DNA of 63,641 nucleotides, the filler included, from Candidatus Omnitrophota bacterium (lineage in GTDB: Bacteria > Omnitrophota > Gorgyraeia > Zapsychrales > Zapsychraceae), in NCBI GenBank assembly GCA_015233495.1. It is 3 parts of 3 records of this genome, joined end to end, with 100 filler letters (N's around TTAATTAATTAA, not from the genome) between each part and the next. Parts side by side here need not be neighbours in the genome. Positions count along the whole stretch, not along the records: positions 45,950 to 63,641 come from JADFXQ010000038.1; 2 more parts are not named here. One strand, given 5' to 3'. Position 1 is the first letter of the stretch. Each line of letters starts with the position of its first letter. A model generated the notes under the pieces. It saw only the letters and a list, made by a program, of their open reading frames with translations, searched no databases and was not told where the DNA came from. Below, piece by piece: positions 51,781 through 62,132 of this stretch. A program made the position numbers and the translations under genes.

Positions 51781-52520
51781 GTTTAAAAGGCCGGACAGCT
51801 GTGATTACGGGCGCGACGCGGGGCATTGGCCGGGCCATTGCTTTGCGTTTGGCGCAAGAAGGCGCGAATGTCGCGTTCAATTTTTCGGCGAGCGAAGAAT
51901 TGGCGCGGTCTTTAGTCGCGGAAATCCAACAATGCGGGGCAGAGGCTTTGGCGGTGCAAGCCGATGTCGCGGATTACGCCAAGGTCTGCGCTTTCCGCGA
52001 CGCGGTTTTGGCGAAATTCTCGTCATATGATATACTTATCAATAACGCGGGCATCGTCAAGGATTCCGCGTTGATGATGATGCCGGTGGAAAATTGGCAT
52101 CAGGTGCTGGACACGAATTTGACCGGCGCGTTTAATGCCACGCGCGCTTCGATCGTCAATTTTATGAAACAAAAAAAAGGCGATATCGTCAACATTTCAT
52201 CGTACAGCGGCGTGCACGGCATGGCGCGGCAAGTGAATTACGCGGCGTCGAAAGGCGGGCTGAACTCCCTGACCAAGGCCTTGGCCAAGGAAGTTGCCGC
52301 TTACGGCATCCGCGTCAACGCGGTCGCGCCGGGGTTTATTCAAACCGATATGTTAAACGGGTTAAACGCCAAATATTTGGAAGAAGTGAGCAAAGTTATC
52401 CCGTTAGGACGTTTAGGCCGGGCGGAAGAAGTGGCAGGCTTGGTGAATTTTCTTTTAAGCGACGCCGCGAGTTATATCACGGGTCAGGTCATCCGGATTG
52501 ACGGCGGATTGTCTTTTTGA
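51777..52520 (+). CDS. fabG: 3-oxoacyl-ACP reductase (FabG family)
   Basis: TGATRGIG, NNAG, NYAASKGG (YxxxK), NAVAPGFI.TDM. Confidence 0.92.
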   Translation: MSLKGRTAVITGATRGIGRAIALRLAQEGANVAFNFSASEELARSLVAEIQQCGAEALAVQADVADYAKVCAFRDAVLAKFSSYDILINNAGIVKDSALMMMPVENWHQVLDTNLTGAFNATRASIVNFMKQKKGDIVNISSYSGVHGMARQVNYAASKGGLNSLTKALAKEVAAYGIRVNAVAPGFIQTDMLNGLNAKYLEEVSKVIPLGRLGRAEEVAGLVNFLLSDAASYITGQVIRIDGGLSF

Positions 52521-52529
52521 AGGCATATT

Positions 52530-53783
52530 ATGGCTAAGCGCGTGGTTATCACTGGGATCGGAGTTCTCGCCGCGAACGGCGAGGGCAAAGATCCTTTTTG
52601 GCATTCGTTGCGGCTCGGGCAATCCCGGTTTGGCCCGATCACGCTTTTCGAAACCGGCGGGTATTCCGTCCAGGATGGCGGGGAGATCCTCGGGTTTGAT
52701 CCGGCAAAATATTTAGGCCCCAAAGGACTGCGCGCTTTGGACCGCAGCACCATGCTGATCGTATCCGCGGCGCGTCTGGCCATTGATGACAGCCGACTGA
52801 CCGTTACGGACGCGAACACGGATGACGTCGGGGTTTCCGTAGGATCGACTTTGGGCAGCTTGCGCAGTATCAGCGAATTCGACGAAGTTACGCTCAAGGA
52901 AGGGCCGCGGTATACCAATCCGGCTTTTTTTCCCAACACGGTTATCAACGCGCCAGCCAGTCAGGTTTCCATTTGGCATCATATTAAAGGATTCAACGCG
53001 ACCATTTCGACCGGGTTTACCGCGAGCGTCGAGGCTATGCAGTACGCGTGGGATTATATTCAAAAAGGCCGTTGTCACGCGGTTTTGGCGGGCGGGGTTG
53101 AGGAAATGTGCAATCAGACTTTCAATGGTTTGTATCATTTGAAAATGCTCTCCGGATCGCGGCCGCTTAAACTTTGGGTGAATTGCCCGTTTGACAGCCG
53201 CCGCAACGGTATTGTGTTCGCGGAAGCGGCGTGTTTGTGCGTGCTGGAAGAATATGAGCACGCGCGGCAAAGAGGCGCCGCGATTTTGGCCGAGGTCTTG
53301 GGGTTTGGTTATGATTTTGATCCGTTTCGGATCAATAAATATAACCCGCGGGGAACCGGGATAAAAAACGCGATGCGCCGCTGTTTAACCAATAGCCGTT
53401 TGGAGCCGGGCGGCGTGGATTGGATCAGCGCCAATGCTAACTCGACGGAAGCCGCGGACCAAATTGAAACCGAAGCGATTAAAGAGGTTTTTGGCGCGAG
53501 AGCGCGGAATATTCCGGTGAGCGCGGTAAAATCCATGACTGGCGAGACTTACAGCGCTTCCGGCGCTTTGTCCGTCGCGGCCGCGGTCGGCGCGATTCAG
53601 GGCGGTTTTATTCCGCCGACCATGCATTATCAGGACAAGGACCCGGCGTGTGATTTGTATTATGTGCCGAATCGCGCTTTGGAACAAAAAGTGAATACCG
53701 TGCTGGTAAATACCTTTGGCCCCAATGGGGCGGCGTGCTGCGTGGCGTTAGGCGCGCCGGGACGGATGACAAAGGACGGTTAA
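52530..53783 (+). CDS. Ketosynthase-like protein lacking catalytic residues (chain-length-factor-like)
   Basis: FabF fold, but TGFTAS replaces TACAS, ANANST replaces AHGTGT and GET replaces GHT. Confidence 0.85.
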   Translation: MAKRVVITGIGVLAANGEGKDPFWHSLRLGQSRFGPITLFETGGYSVQDGGEILGFDPAKYLGPKGLRALDRSTMLIVSAARLAIDDSRLTVTDANTDDVGVSVGSTLGSLRSISEFDEVTLKEGPRYTNPAFFPNTVINAPASQVSIWHHIKGFNATISTGFTASVEAMQYAWDYIQKGRCHAVLAGGVEEMCNQTFNGLYHLKMLSGSRPLKLWVNCPFDSRRNGIVFAEAACLCVLEEYEHARQRGAAILAEVLGFGYDFDPFRINKYNPRGTGIKNAMRRCLTNSRLEPGGVDWISANANSTEAADQIETEAIKEVFGARARNIPVSAVKSMTGETYSASGALSVAAAVGAIQGGFIPPTMHYQDKDPACDLYYVPNRALEQKVNTVLVNTFGPNGAACCVALGAPGRMTKDG

Positions 53784-53786
53784 CGG

Positions 53787-54284
53787 ATGCCGGAAGATCA
53801 AACACAGCAGACAGAGCGCGGAGATCCCTGGTTGTCGGTCCGCTGTCTGCCGCAGGCGTATCCTTTTTTGCTGATTGACAAAGTAACGTTTTTTAAAAAA
53901 GGCGAAAAGATTATCGCCGTGAAAAATATCACGGCCGGCGAATGGCCGTTGTCCGAAGCGGGCGGCCGGGCAATGTTTCCGCTGGCATTGATCATNNNNN
54001 NNNNNNNNNNNNNCCAGACCGCTTTGGCGTTTGCCCGATTGGGAGATGGCCCGGGGGAAGAATTTTCGGCAGAGTCGCAATCCGTTTCCCGGGGATTGTT
54101 TGTCTTGGGGAAAATTGAAGCGGAATTTTGCGGGGAAGTCTTAGCCGGCGATCAGATGCAGATGCAAAGCGGCGCGTTTAAAATGACGACTAACCGGGGA
54201 TTCATCGACGTGGAAGCCGGGGTCGGGGACAAAAAAATCGCGGTGGTGAAAGTATTTTATAGCGTTTTATTCAATAAATCGTGA
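53787..54284 (+). CDS. FabZ-like hotdog-fold protein, degenerate active site
   Basis: LPQAYPFLLIDKV...AVKNIT..E, but no GHFP; N gap in the central helix. Confidence 0.75.
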   Translation: MPEDQTQQTERGDPWLSVRCLPQAYPFLLIDKVTFFKKGEKIIAVKNITAGEWPLSEAGGRAMFPLALIXXXXXXXQTALAFARLGDGPGEEFSAESQSVSRGLFVLGKIEAEFCGEVLAGDQMQMQSGAFKMTTNRGFIDVEAGVGDKKIAVVKVFYSVLFNKS

Positions 54285-54378
54285 CCGGCGCGAATGATTG
54301 TTAGTGATTTGGGGTAATCGTTTCGTTATTTTAATAATTCGCGCCGCTTGCGATTTATTTGCAATGATTTAAAACGAT

Positions 54379-55635
54379 ATGAAAAAAGACACAGTTAATC
54401 ATAAAAAGCAGGCAGCAGCGCCGCCGCGGGTGGTAGTGACCGGCTTGGGCGTGGTGACGTCGATCGGCATCGGCCGGGAAAAATTTTGGACAAATCTGCT
54501 GGCCGGCACCAGCGGGATTTCGCCGGTCACCACGTTTGACGTGTCGGTTTACGACCGCCGCCGCGCCGGAGAGATCAAGGATTTCGAGCCGGAAGTTTTT
54601 CTCACCAAAAAACGGGCCCAGCGCATGGGCCGCGCTTCTCAGATGGCAGTGGCGGCAAGCCGGCTGGCGGCCGCGGACGCGGGATTGAGTCCGGCGGACT
54701 TGCGGCAGCGGCGCGCGGCTGTCTGCGTTGGTTCGACTATGGGAGAACCGCAGATCATGGAACGGATCGACGAGAAAACCTTCGGCCAGGGTAAGTCTTT
54801 ATATTATGATTTTGTTTCGGCGTCTGCCTATCCGGCGGGATCGATCGCCAATCACGTGGCGTATCATTTTGATCTCACCGGACCCAACCGGGTGTTTACC
54901 ACCGCTTGCGCGTCGGGGAATTACGCGGTTGGCCAGGCGTTTGACTGGATTCAAGACGGGCAAGCGGACTGCGTTTTGTGCGGCGGTTCAGACGCCTTGT
55001 CGCGGATCGCTTTCACGGGTTTCGCGCGGTTGTTTTCTATGGCGCCGGACAAATGCTCTCCGTTTGATAAAAACCGCCGCGGGATGATGCTCGGCGAGGG
55101 CGCGGGAATTTTATTGCTGGAATCCCGGGAGTCAGCGCAAAAACGCGGCGCAGTCATTTACGCGGAAGTCTTGGGATATGGGTTATCGTGTGACGGACAT
55201 CATATGACCCAGCCGGATCCGGACGGAATTGAAAAGGCGTTTCGCAAGGCTATGCGCCAGAGCGGGGTGACTCCGGACGACGTGGATTTCATTTGCGCCC
55301 ATGGCACAGGCACGCGCGAAAACGACAAAACCGAAAGCACGGTCATCCACCGGATTTTTGGCGAGCGCGGCCGCGCGGTTTGCGTCAATTCGATCAAGTC
55401 CATGCTGGGGCACACCATGGGCGCGGCTTCGGCGATTGAGGCGGTTTCCTGCTGCCTCACTCTTAAGGAGCAGATCATCGCGCCGACTATCAATTTTGAG
55501 GAAAAAGATCCGGAGTGCGATATCGACTGCGTGCCGAATCAGGCGAGAAAAACTTCCGTGCGGGTAGTTTTGAACAACGCTTCCGCCTTTGGGGGAAACA
55601 ATTGCTGTTTGGTTTTAGCAGAGTCAAGACCATAA
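54379..55635 (+). CDS. fabF: Beta-ketoacyl-ACP synthase (FabF-like, intact Cys-His-His)
   Basis: TACASG, AHGTGT, KSMLGHTMGAA, AFGGNN. Confidence 0.9.
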   Translation: MKKDTVNHKKQAAAPPRVVVTGLGVVTSIGIGREKFWTNLLAGTSGISPVTTFDVSVYDRRRAGEIKDFEPEVFLTKKRAQRMGRASQMAVAASRLAAADAGLSPADLRQRRAAVCVGSTMGEPQIMERIDEKTFGQGKSLYYDFVSASAYPAGSIANHVAYHFDLTGPNRVFTTACASGNYAVGQAFDWIQDGQADCVLCGGSDALSRIAFTGFARLFSMAPDKCSPFDKNRRGMMLGEGAGILLLESRESAQKRGAVIYAEVLGYGLSCDGHHMTQPDPDGIEKAFRKAMRQSGVTPDDVDFICAHGTGTRENDKTESTVIHRIFGERGRAVCVNSIKSMLGHTMGAASAIEAVSCCLTLKEQIIAPTINFEEKDPECDIDCVPNQARKTSVRVVLNNASAFGGNNCCLVLAESRP

Positions 55636-55705
55636 CGCGCCGGACGCCCGCGCGCGAAGGAGGAGAAGAAATACAACAGTCATCCAACAAGGAGCCATCC
55701 GCATC

Positions 55706-56785
55706 ATGAAGAAAAACATCTTATTGACAGGCATCACCGGATTTCTGGGAAGTTTCTTAGCGAAAGACCTTTTAAAAAAAGGATATCACATTTTTGCCTT
55801 GGCCCGGGGCAAGAAAGACCTCACGGCAAAAGACCGGGTGAAATGCGCCCTGCAATTTGTGTATGACGATGATTGGGACAGCCGCTATATCGCTTCGCGG
55901 ATCAAGCTCGTGGAAGGCGACATCATTGATCCGGATTTCGGAATCTCGGATAAAAAAGTCATTGCGGACCTCGTTCAAAAAACGGATATCATTATTCACA
56001 GCGCGGCCATTGCCGAGCTCAATATGCCCTTGGAACGCATTCGGCCCGTCAATGTGGGCGGCACGAAAAATGTTTTGGATTTTGCTTTGCGCTGCCACAA
56101 ATTCGGCCGGTTGAAAAAAGTGAACCATATCAGCACCATGTACGTTGCCGGCACGCATCAGGGAAAATTTGACGAGTCGATGCTCAATGTCGGCCAGGAT
56201 TTTAATAACAGCTATGAGCGCACGAAATTCGAGGCGGAGGTTTTGGTGCGCAAATACGCGAAGAAGGGTTTGAACATTTCGATCTTTCGGCCCAGTTTGA
56301 TCATGGGCGATTCGCGCACCGGCAAAACGAATAATTTCCGGCTCTTCTATCAGCCCCTGCATTTTTTCGCGCATGAAATTTATGATGTTTTTCCCGCAGA
56401 TCAACATTGCGTGCAGAACCTCATCAACGTAGACACGGTGAGCCGGGTGATGGTGGATTTGGTGGAAGACGAAAAACCGGGGGTCTATCATTTAGTGAGC
56501 CCGAATGACCTGCGGGTCAAGGATTTTATCAAGCTGTCTTCGCAATATTTTCATTTCAAGCCGCCGCAATTGGTGCCGGCGAAAAAATTTAATTTTAAAA
56601 AATTGACTCCGGTGCAGCAGGCTTTGGCCAAACCGTTTATGCCTTATTTTAACAATAAGCGGGACTTCGCTTCCCAATTGATGAAAAATCCGGCAAAAAA
56701 AATCCGGGAAGTCGATGCCAAAAACATGAACCGGGTCTTCAAATTTTGCGTGAACCAAGAATTCATCCGGACGAAACCCGGATAA
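55706..56785 (+). CDS. Extended SDR, thioester/fatty-acyl reductase type (NAD_binding_4)
   Basis: LLTGITGFLG, IIHSAA, VNVGGT, HISTMYV, NSYERTKFEAE, IFRPSLIMG. Confidence 0.85.
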   Translation: MKKNILLTGITGFLGSFLAKDLLKKGYHIFALARGKKDLTAKDRVKCALQFVYDDDWDSRYIASRIKLVEGDIIDPDFGISDKKVIADLVQKTDIIIHSAAIAELNMPLERIRPVNVGGTKNVLDFALRCHKFGRLKKVNHISTMYVAGTHQGKFDESMLNVGQDFNNSYERTKFEAEVLVRKYAKKGLNISIFRPSLIMGDSRTGKTNNFRLFYQPLHFFAHEIYDVFPADQHCVQNLINVDTVSRVMVDLVEDEKPGVYHLVSPNDLRVKDFIKLSSQYFHFKPPQLVPAKKFNFKKLTPVQQALAKPFMPYFNNKRDFASQLMKNPAKKIREVDAKNMNRVFKFCVNQEFIRTKPG

Positions 56786-56870
56786 ATATCCCTGAGGCAA
56801 ATGCCCTCCCCGGGATCCTGCTTTTGAGACGCGGCGCGGATGATCTAACCCCAGATGAAGGATAAGACGC

Positions 56871-58602
56871 ATGGCTTCTCTCAAAGACCGTCTGCGCGAA
56901 ATACTTCTGCGCGACAAGCTGATTTCCGTCGATGATTTCGACCGGGCGCTGGTCCAGCAGCGCGAGCGCGGCGGCGAGCTCAGCAAGATGCTGGTGTCCA
57001 TGAAATTGGTGGATGAAGACACACTGACCCAGGTCTTGAGCGAAAGCTTGGGACTGCCGCCGATCAGCATCAGCCGGTTTAAAATCGACGCGAAACTCAT
57101 CAAAATCATTCCCAAAGACGTAGCCCAAAAATATCAGATCGTGCCNNNNNNNNNNNNNNNNNNNNNNNNNNNNNNNCCCGTTGAATGTTTTTGTCAGCGA
57201 CAGCATCAAGACCCTGACCGGGTATGTTATCACGCCGGTAATCGCCCGGCCGCGCGAGGTGGCTGAGACCATTGAAAAGTATTATGGGGTGGAAGAAGAA
57301 GCTTCGGATGAAACATTTGACGCGATCATCAAGGATATTCAAGACACGGAAGACCTGGAGATCGTCAAGGATTCCACCGCGGATCAAGACGGACGGGTCG
57401 ATGAAGTGTCCGATGACGCGCCGATCATCAAATTGACGGACACGATCATCCAGCAGGCGGTGTTTGCCAAATCGAGCGACGTGTTCATCGAACCTTTGGA
57501 GAAAACCGTGCGCATCCGTTACCGCGTCGACGGGGTGATTCGGGAGATTGACCGCCTGCCCAAAGTTCTGCATTTCCCGCTGGTTTCCCGGGTTAAGGTT
57601 ATCGCGAATTTAGACATCTCGGAGCACCGTTTGCCGCAAGACGGACGGTTTAAGACGATCATTTCAGGAGACCGGTCGGTAGATTTTCGCGTCAATGTTT
57701 TGCCGACTGCCTGGGGGGAAAAGGTTTGTCTGCGGGTTTTGGATAAACAGGGCACGGTTTTGGACGTGGAAAAATTGGGATTTGAGAAGAACGCCTTGAA
57801 ACGGCTTAAGGAATGCGCCCTGCGGCCGCACGGGATGATCTTAACCTGCGGCCCGACAGGAAGCGGCAAAACCACCACCCTTTACTCAATACTTAAATAC
57901 GTGGACTCCCCGGATAAAAATATCGTCACCGTCGAGGACCCGGTCGAATATCAGCTCAAAGGGCTAAATCAGGTGAATATCAAGCCGGCGATGGGGCTCA
58001 CGTTTTCTTCGAGTTTGCGGTCGATTTTGCGGCAGGATCCGGATATCATCATGATCGGCGAGATCCGCGACCGGGAGACTTTGGACATCGCGGTCAAAGC
58101 CGCCTTGACCGGACATTTGGTGCTCAGTTCACTGCACACGACCACGGCCGCCGGGTCAATTGTCCGGATGCGCAATATGGGCATTGAGCCGTTTTTGATC
58201 TGTTCTTCGGTTTTGGTGATCATTGCCCAGCGGCTTTTGCGCCGGGTATGTCCGTCGTGCCGGGAGGCTTATCAGATCCCGGAGAATGTCGCGGTCAAAG
58301 TGGGGTTTCGACGGCTTTTTCCGGAAGCCAAACCGGAAGTGTTCCGCGCCAAGGGCTGTAAAAATTGTTTGAACACCGGGTATAAAGGCCGGGTGGGGAT
58401 CACGGAAATTTTGATCTTTTCGCCGGGAATTAAAGAATTGATCCTCAAAGGGGCCGGGGAAACCGTGATCAAATCCCTGAGCCGCAGGGAAGGGATGCAA
58501 ACCATGCGGGAAGACGGTTTGAGCAAAATGGCGCAAGGGTTGACGACCCTGGAAGAAGTGCTGAGGATCACGGCGCCGGATGAGGCTATGGACGAATCAT
58601 GA
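56871..58602 (+). CDS. PilB/GspE-family ATPase; one gene interrupted by an N gap (57146-57176)
   Basis: N-terminal T2SSE_N part plus SSDVFIEP, RLPQDGR, GPTGSGKTTT, QDPD, GEIRD, TGH, CPSC/CKNC. Confidence 0.92.
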
Positions 58603-60308
58603 GCGCAACCTTGAAAGATAAAATTTGGAAGGCGATCGCGGCGACCGGGGCCATCCGGCCGGCGGATTTGGACGCGGCGATTCTTGAGCATAAACAGACC
58701 GGCAAGGCGGTGGACAAGATTTTGATTGAAAAGGGATTGGTGAAAGAGCAGGACATTCTGAGTTTGTTTGTCAGCGAGTTGGGCGTGCCGTTCATCAATC
58801 TGAGCAAATATAAAATCGATCCCGGATTGCAGGAAACCATCAATGAAAAAATTGCCCGGCAATATAAAATCGTGCCGATTTCGGCGATCGGCAATTCGCT
58901 GACCATTGCCGTCTGCGATCCGCTAAACGTGTTTATGATCGATGATTTGAAAAATATCACCGGCCGGGATATCGACATGGTGATCAGCGCGGAATCCGAC
59001 GTTTTAAAAACTTTGGACGCTTATTACAGCGTCACCGGAGTGGCCTCGGTCGCCGAGATCAGCCAAGACATTCAGGTGGAAGAATTCGAGATTGTCGAGG
59101 ACAAGACACAAGACGGGCAGGGCGACGAAAACGTCGACGAGAGCGAAAAAGCGCCGATTATCCGCATGGTGAATCTGGTGATCAAAGAGGCGCTCAAGCA
59201 GCGGGCGTCGGATATCCATATGGAACCCACGGTAGACGGGATGCGGGTGCGTTATCGGATCGACGGGATATTGCGCGATGTGCTGATGATCCCGAAAGAA
59301 AACATGGGCGCGGTGATTGTCCGGATCAAGATCTTATCCCGGTTGGATATCACGATGAGTCAGGCGCCGCAAGACGGCCGGTTCAAATTGAAACTGGGAG
59401 GCCGGGAAGTGGATTTCCGGGTGTCGATGCTGCCGACAATTTTCGGACAGAAAATCGTGATGCGGATTTTGGACAAGAAAAATCTTTCCGTGGGGTTAAG
59501 CGGACTGGGTCTTTCGGAAAAGGCGTTTACGGTTTTAAAAGAGGGCGTGCGCAAACCCTTTGGTATGCTTTTGGTGACCGGCCCGACGGGAAGCGGCAAA
59601 TCGACGACCTTGTATTCGATCATTAATGAACTGAACACGGTGGACCGCAATATTATCACGGTGGAAGACCCGGTCGAATATCTCGTGGAAGGGCTGACGC
59701 AAATTCAGGCCCAGCCGGAAATCGGCCTGACTTTCGCCGAAGGCTTGCGGGCGATTCTCAGGCAGAGTCCGGACGTGGTGATGGTCGGCGAAATCCGCGA
59801 CAATGAAACCGCGGACATCGCGATCAAGGCGTCGTTGACCGGGCAATTAGTGTTGTCGACTTTGCACACCAATGACGCGGCCGGGGCTTTGACGCGTTTG
59901 GTGGATATGGGAGTGGAGCCTTTTTTGGTGGCCTCGAGTTTGGTGATTGTAACGGCCCAGCGGCTTTGCCGGAGGATTTGCGGCCGTTGTAAAAAAGAGA
60001 TCGCGATTCCGCGGGAAGTTTTGGATCGTTTGAAATACGCTTTTCCCGCCAATCCGGTTTTTTATCACGGCGAAGGCTGTGAGCATTGCCGCAAGACAGG
60101 ATACCAGGGCCGTTTGGCGATCACCGAGGTTTTGGACGTGGACGACAAAGTGCGGGAATTACTGCTGGTGGGCAAATCCTCGGATGACATAAAAGAATTC
60201 GCCCGCCAGGAAAGAGGGATGGCGACTTTGTGGGAAGACGCCATGGCGAAATGCTTAGCCGGACAGACCACCCTGGAAGAAGTCCTGCGGATCACGTCGG
60301 GGGATTAA
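58599..60308 (+). CDS. Second PilB/GspE-family ATPase
   Basis: ASDIHMEP, PQDGR, GPTGSGKSTT, GEIRD, STLHTND, CGRC/CEHC; ATGA overlap with the previous gene. Confidence 0.95.
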   Translation: MSATLKDKIWKAIAATGAIRPADLDAAILEHKQTGKAVDKILIEKGLVKEQDILSLFVSELGVPFINLSKYKIDPGLQETINEKIARQYKIVPISAIGNSLTIAVCDPLNVFMIDDLKNITGRDIDMVISAESDVLKTLDAYYSVTGVASVAEISQDIQVEEFEIVEDKTQDGQGDENVDESEKAPIIRMVNLVIKEALKQRASDIHMEPTVDGMRVRYRIDGILRDVLMIPKENMGAVIVRIKILSRLDITMSQAPQDGRFKLKLGGREVDFRVSMLPTIFGQKIVMRILDKKNLSVGLSGLGLSEKAFTVLKEGVRKPFGMLLVTGPTGSGKSTTLYSIINELNTVDRNIITVEDPVEYLVEGLTQIQAQPEIGLTFAEGLRAILRQSPDVVMVGEIRDNETADIAIKASLTGQLVLSTLHTNDAAGALTRLVDMGVEPFLVASSLVIVTAQRLCRRICGRCKKEIAIPREVLDRLKYAFPANPVFYHGEGCEHCRKTGYQGRLAITEVLDVDDKVRELLLVGKSSDDIKEFARQERGMATLWEDAMAKCLAGQTTLEEVLRITSGD

Positions 60309-60393
60309 GGCCGATGCAGGGAACGGTCGAAAGATTGATCCGTTGACAGTTAGTCGCATAAATGAAAACACGTTTGTAGAAAAGACGGCAATA

Positions 60394-60639
60394 ATGGATG
60401 ACATAAAAGAAACCATACGCAAAATGGTCGCGGAAATATTGGAAATGAAGCCGGAGCAAATCGGGGACGATGACCTTTTTATTAAAGATCTCGGGATGGA
60501 TTCTTTAAGAGCTTTGGAAATTATGGCCAGTGTGGAGAAAAAATATCAAATCAGGATCGAAGAGGATATGCTTCCTAAATTTACTACGCTGAATGAAACC
60601 GTAAAAATCGTCGCGGATGTCTTGAATAAACAAAAATAG
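60394..60639 (+). CDS. Acyl carrier protein
   Basis: 81-aa acidic protein with the DLGMDSL phosphopantetheine site. Confidence 0.92.
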   Translation: MDDIKETIRKMVAEILEMKPEQIGDDDLFIKDLGMDSLRALEIMASVEKKYQIRIEEDMLPKFTTLNETVKIVADVLNKQK

Positions 60640-60663
60640 CATCAGCAACAAAACATTTTTTAT

Positions 60664-62118
60664 ATGGCAAAATCCGATCAATATGATGCGATTATCGTCG
60701 GGGCGGGAGTGGGCGGTCTGGTTTGCGGCGGATATTTGGCCAAGGCCGGCTGCAAAGTCCTGTTGCTGGAAAAGCACAGCCAGCCGGGCGGCTGCTGCTC
60801 GTCTTTTCAACGGCAAGGATATCTTTTTGATGTTGGGCCGCATTATCTGGGGTCTTTGCGGCCGGGCGGGATTTTAAGAAATATTTTGCGGGATTTGGAA
60901 ATTGAGGGGAGGATTGAATTTTTAACCAACGATTTGACCGATCGGATTATTACGCCGGATAAAGAGATCCATATTTATAAAAATCAGGAAAAAACCCAAG
61001 AGGAATTTATCCGCCATTTTCCCGCCGAACATCGCGGGATAAATAATTTTTTCCGCACATTGCTTTCTTTAGACATCAGCCGCGGTTTGGTCGCGAATTC
61101 CCCTGCTCAAACCTTTGCGCAAGTATTGGATCAATATTTTTCCGACCCGAAATTAAAAGCGGTATTTTCGGTTTTTTTGGGGAATATCGGATTGCCGCCT
61201 TCCCAAGCTTCCGGGTTTATTCCCTTGATTGTTTTGCGCGAATTTATTCTGGACGGGGGATATTATCCGGCGGGCGGGATGCGGGCTTTGCCCAATGCCT
61301 TGGTTAAATGTTTCCAAAAAAACGGCGGGACAATTTTGTATCGAAAAAATGTCAAGGAAATCATATTACAAAATCAGACCGCGCAGGGTGTGGCGGTTGC
61401 GTCCGGTGAAAAATTTTTTGCCCGGTTTGTGGTTTCCGGTATAGACGCCGGAGCTTTATTCCGCGACCAGATATCCGAGCCGACCGCGGAAAGAGAATCT
61501 GTTGAACGCTTAAAGCCGTCAATGTCCGCGGTGGTTTTGTTTTTAGGCTTAAAAAGCCGGTTGGCAGATTTGCCGAAACATTTTACGACCTGGTATTTTC
61601 CTACGTATGATATCGAGCAATGTTACCGTAACCAGATCCATTGCGATTCGCGGGAAGAGATTCCCTATTTAATCTGTACTTTTCCCAGCCTGATTGATGC
61701 TTCTTTGGCGCCGGAAGGGAAGAATGTCTTGCGGGTGTTTGTCGGTGCCCGGCCGGGACAGGACCCGGGATGGCAGAAGAATAAAAAGGAAATAACCGGG
61801 AGACTGCTGCAAAAACTTAAGGCGATGGTTCCTGACATTTTAGATCTTATTGAGGTAAAAGAAATCGGCACGCCAGACACTTTTCATCGTTACACCGGGA
61901 ATCAGAACGGATCGATTTTTGGGTGGGCGGCGTTGCCTGACCAAACCGGGAGAAAAGTTTTTCCTTTGCGCACCTCCGTGGAAAATTTGTATTTGACCGG
62001 TCATTGGACAACGACGGGAATCGGGCAAAGCGGAGTAGCCACAGTAGCTTTTGCCGGCAAAGATGCGGCGCAAATGATTATAGGGAAAAATAAAAGATTA
62101 ACCCGTCGGGCGAGATAA
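60664..62118 (+). CDS. Phytoene-dehydrogenase-like NAD(P)/FAD-dependent oxidoreductase
   Basis: GAGVGG, PGGCCSSF.R.GY.FDVG, YYPAGG, DASLAPEGK, TP.TFHRYTGN.NGSIFGW, NLYLTGHW. Confidence 0.88.
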   Translation: MAKSDQYDAIIVGAGVGGLVCGGYLAKAGCKVLLLEKHSQPGGCCSSFQRQGYLFDVGPHYLGSLRPGGILRNILRDLEIEGRIEFLTNDLTDRIITPDKEIHIYKNQEKTQEEFIRHFPAEHRGINNFFRTLLSLDISRGLVANSPAQTFAQVLDQYFSDPKLKAVFSVFLGNIGLPPSQASGFIPLIVLREFILDGGYYPAGGMRALPNALVKCFQKNGGTILYRKNVKEIILQNQTAQGVAVASGEKFFARFVVSGIDAGALFRDQISEPTAERESVERLKPSMSAVVLFLGLKSRLADLPKHFTTWYFPTYDIEQCYRNQIHCDSREEIPYLICTFPSLIDASLAPEGKNVLRVFVGARPGQDPGWQKNKKEITGRLLQKLKAMVPDILDLIEVKEIGTPDTFHRYTGNQNGSIFGWAALPDQTGRKVFPLRTSVENLYLTGHWTTTGIGQSGVATVAFAGKDAAQMIIGKNKRLTRRAR

Positions 62119-62132
62119 TAAAAAGGCAATAT

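Noticed and set aside
57146..57176. Apparent frameshift or split in the first PilB/GspE gene
   Set aside because: It coincides with a 31-N gap of arbitrary length, so it is not evidence of a pseudogene or programmed frameshift.
60319..60328. GGGAACGGTC matching 23341-23350
   Set aside because: Only 10 bp and it lacks the 17-mer; compatible with chance in 63 kb.
60664..62118. Second crtI for carotenoid synthesis
   Set aside because: It lacks the CrtI C-terminal signature seen in 40013-41452 and sits beside an ACP, so it is treated as a related FAD oxidoreductase.
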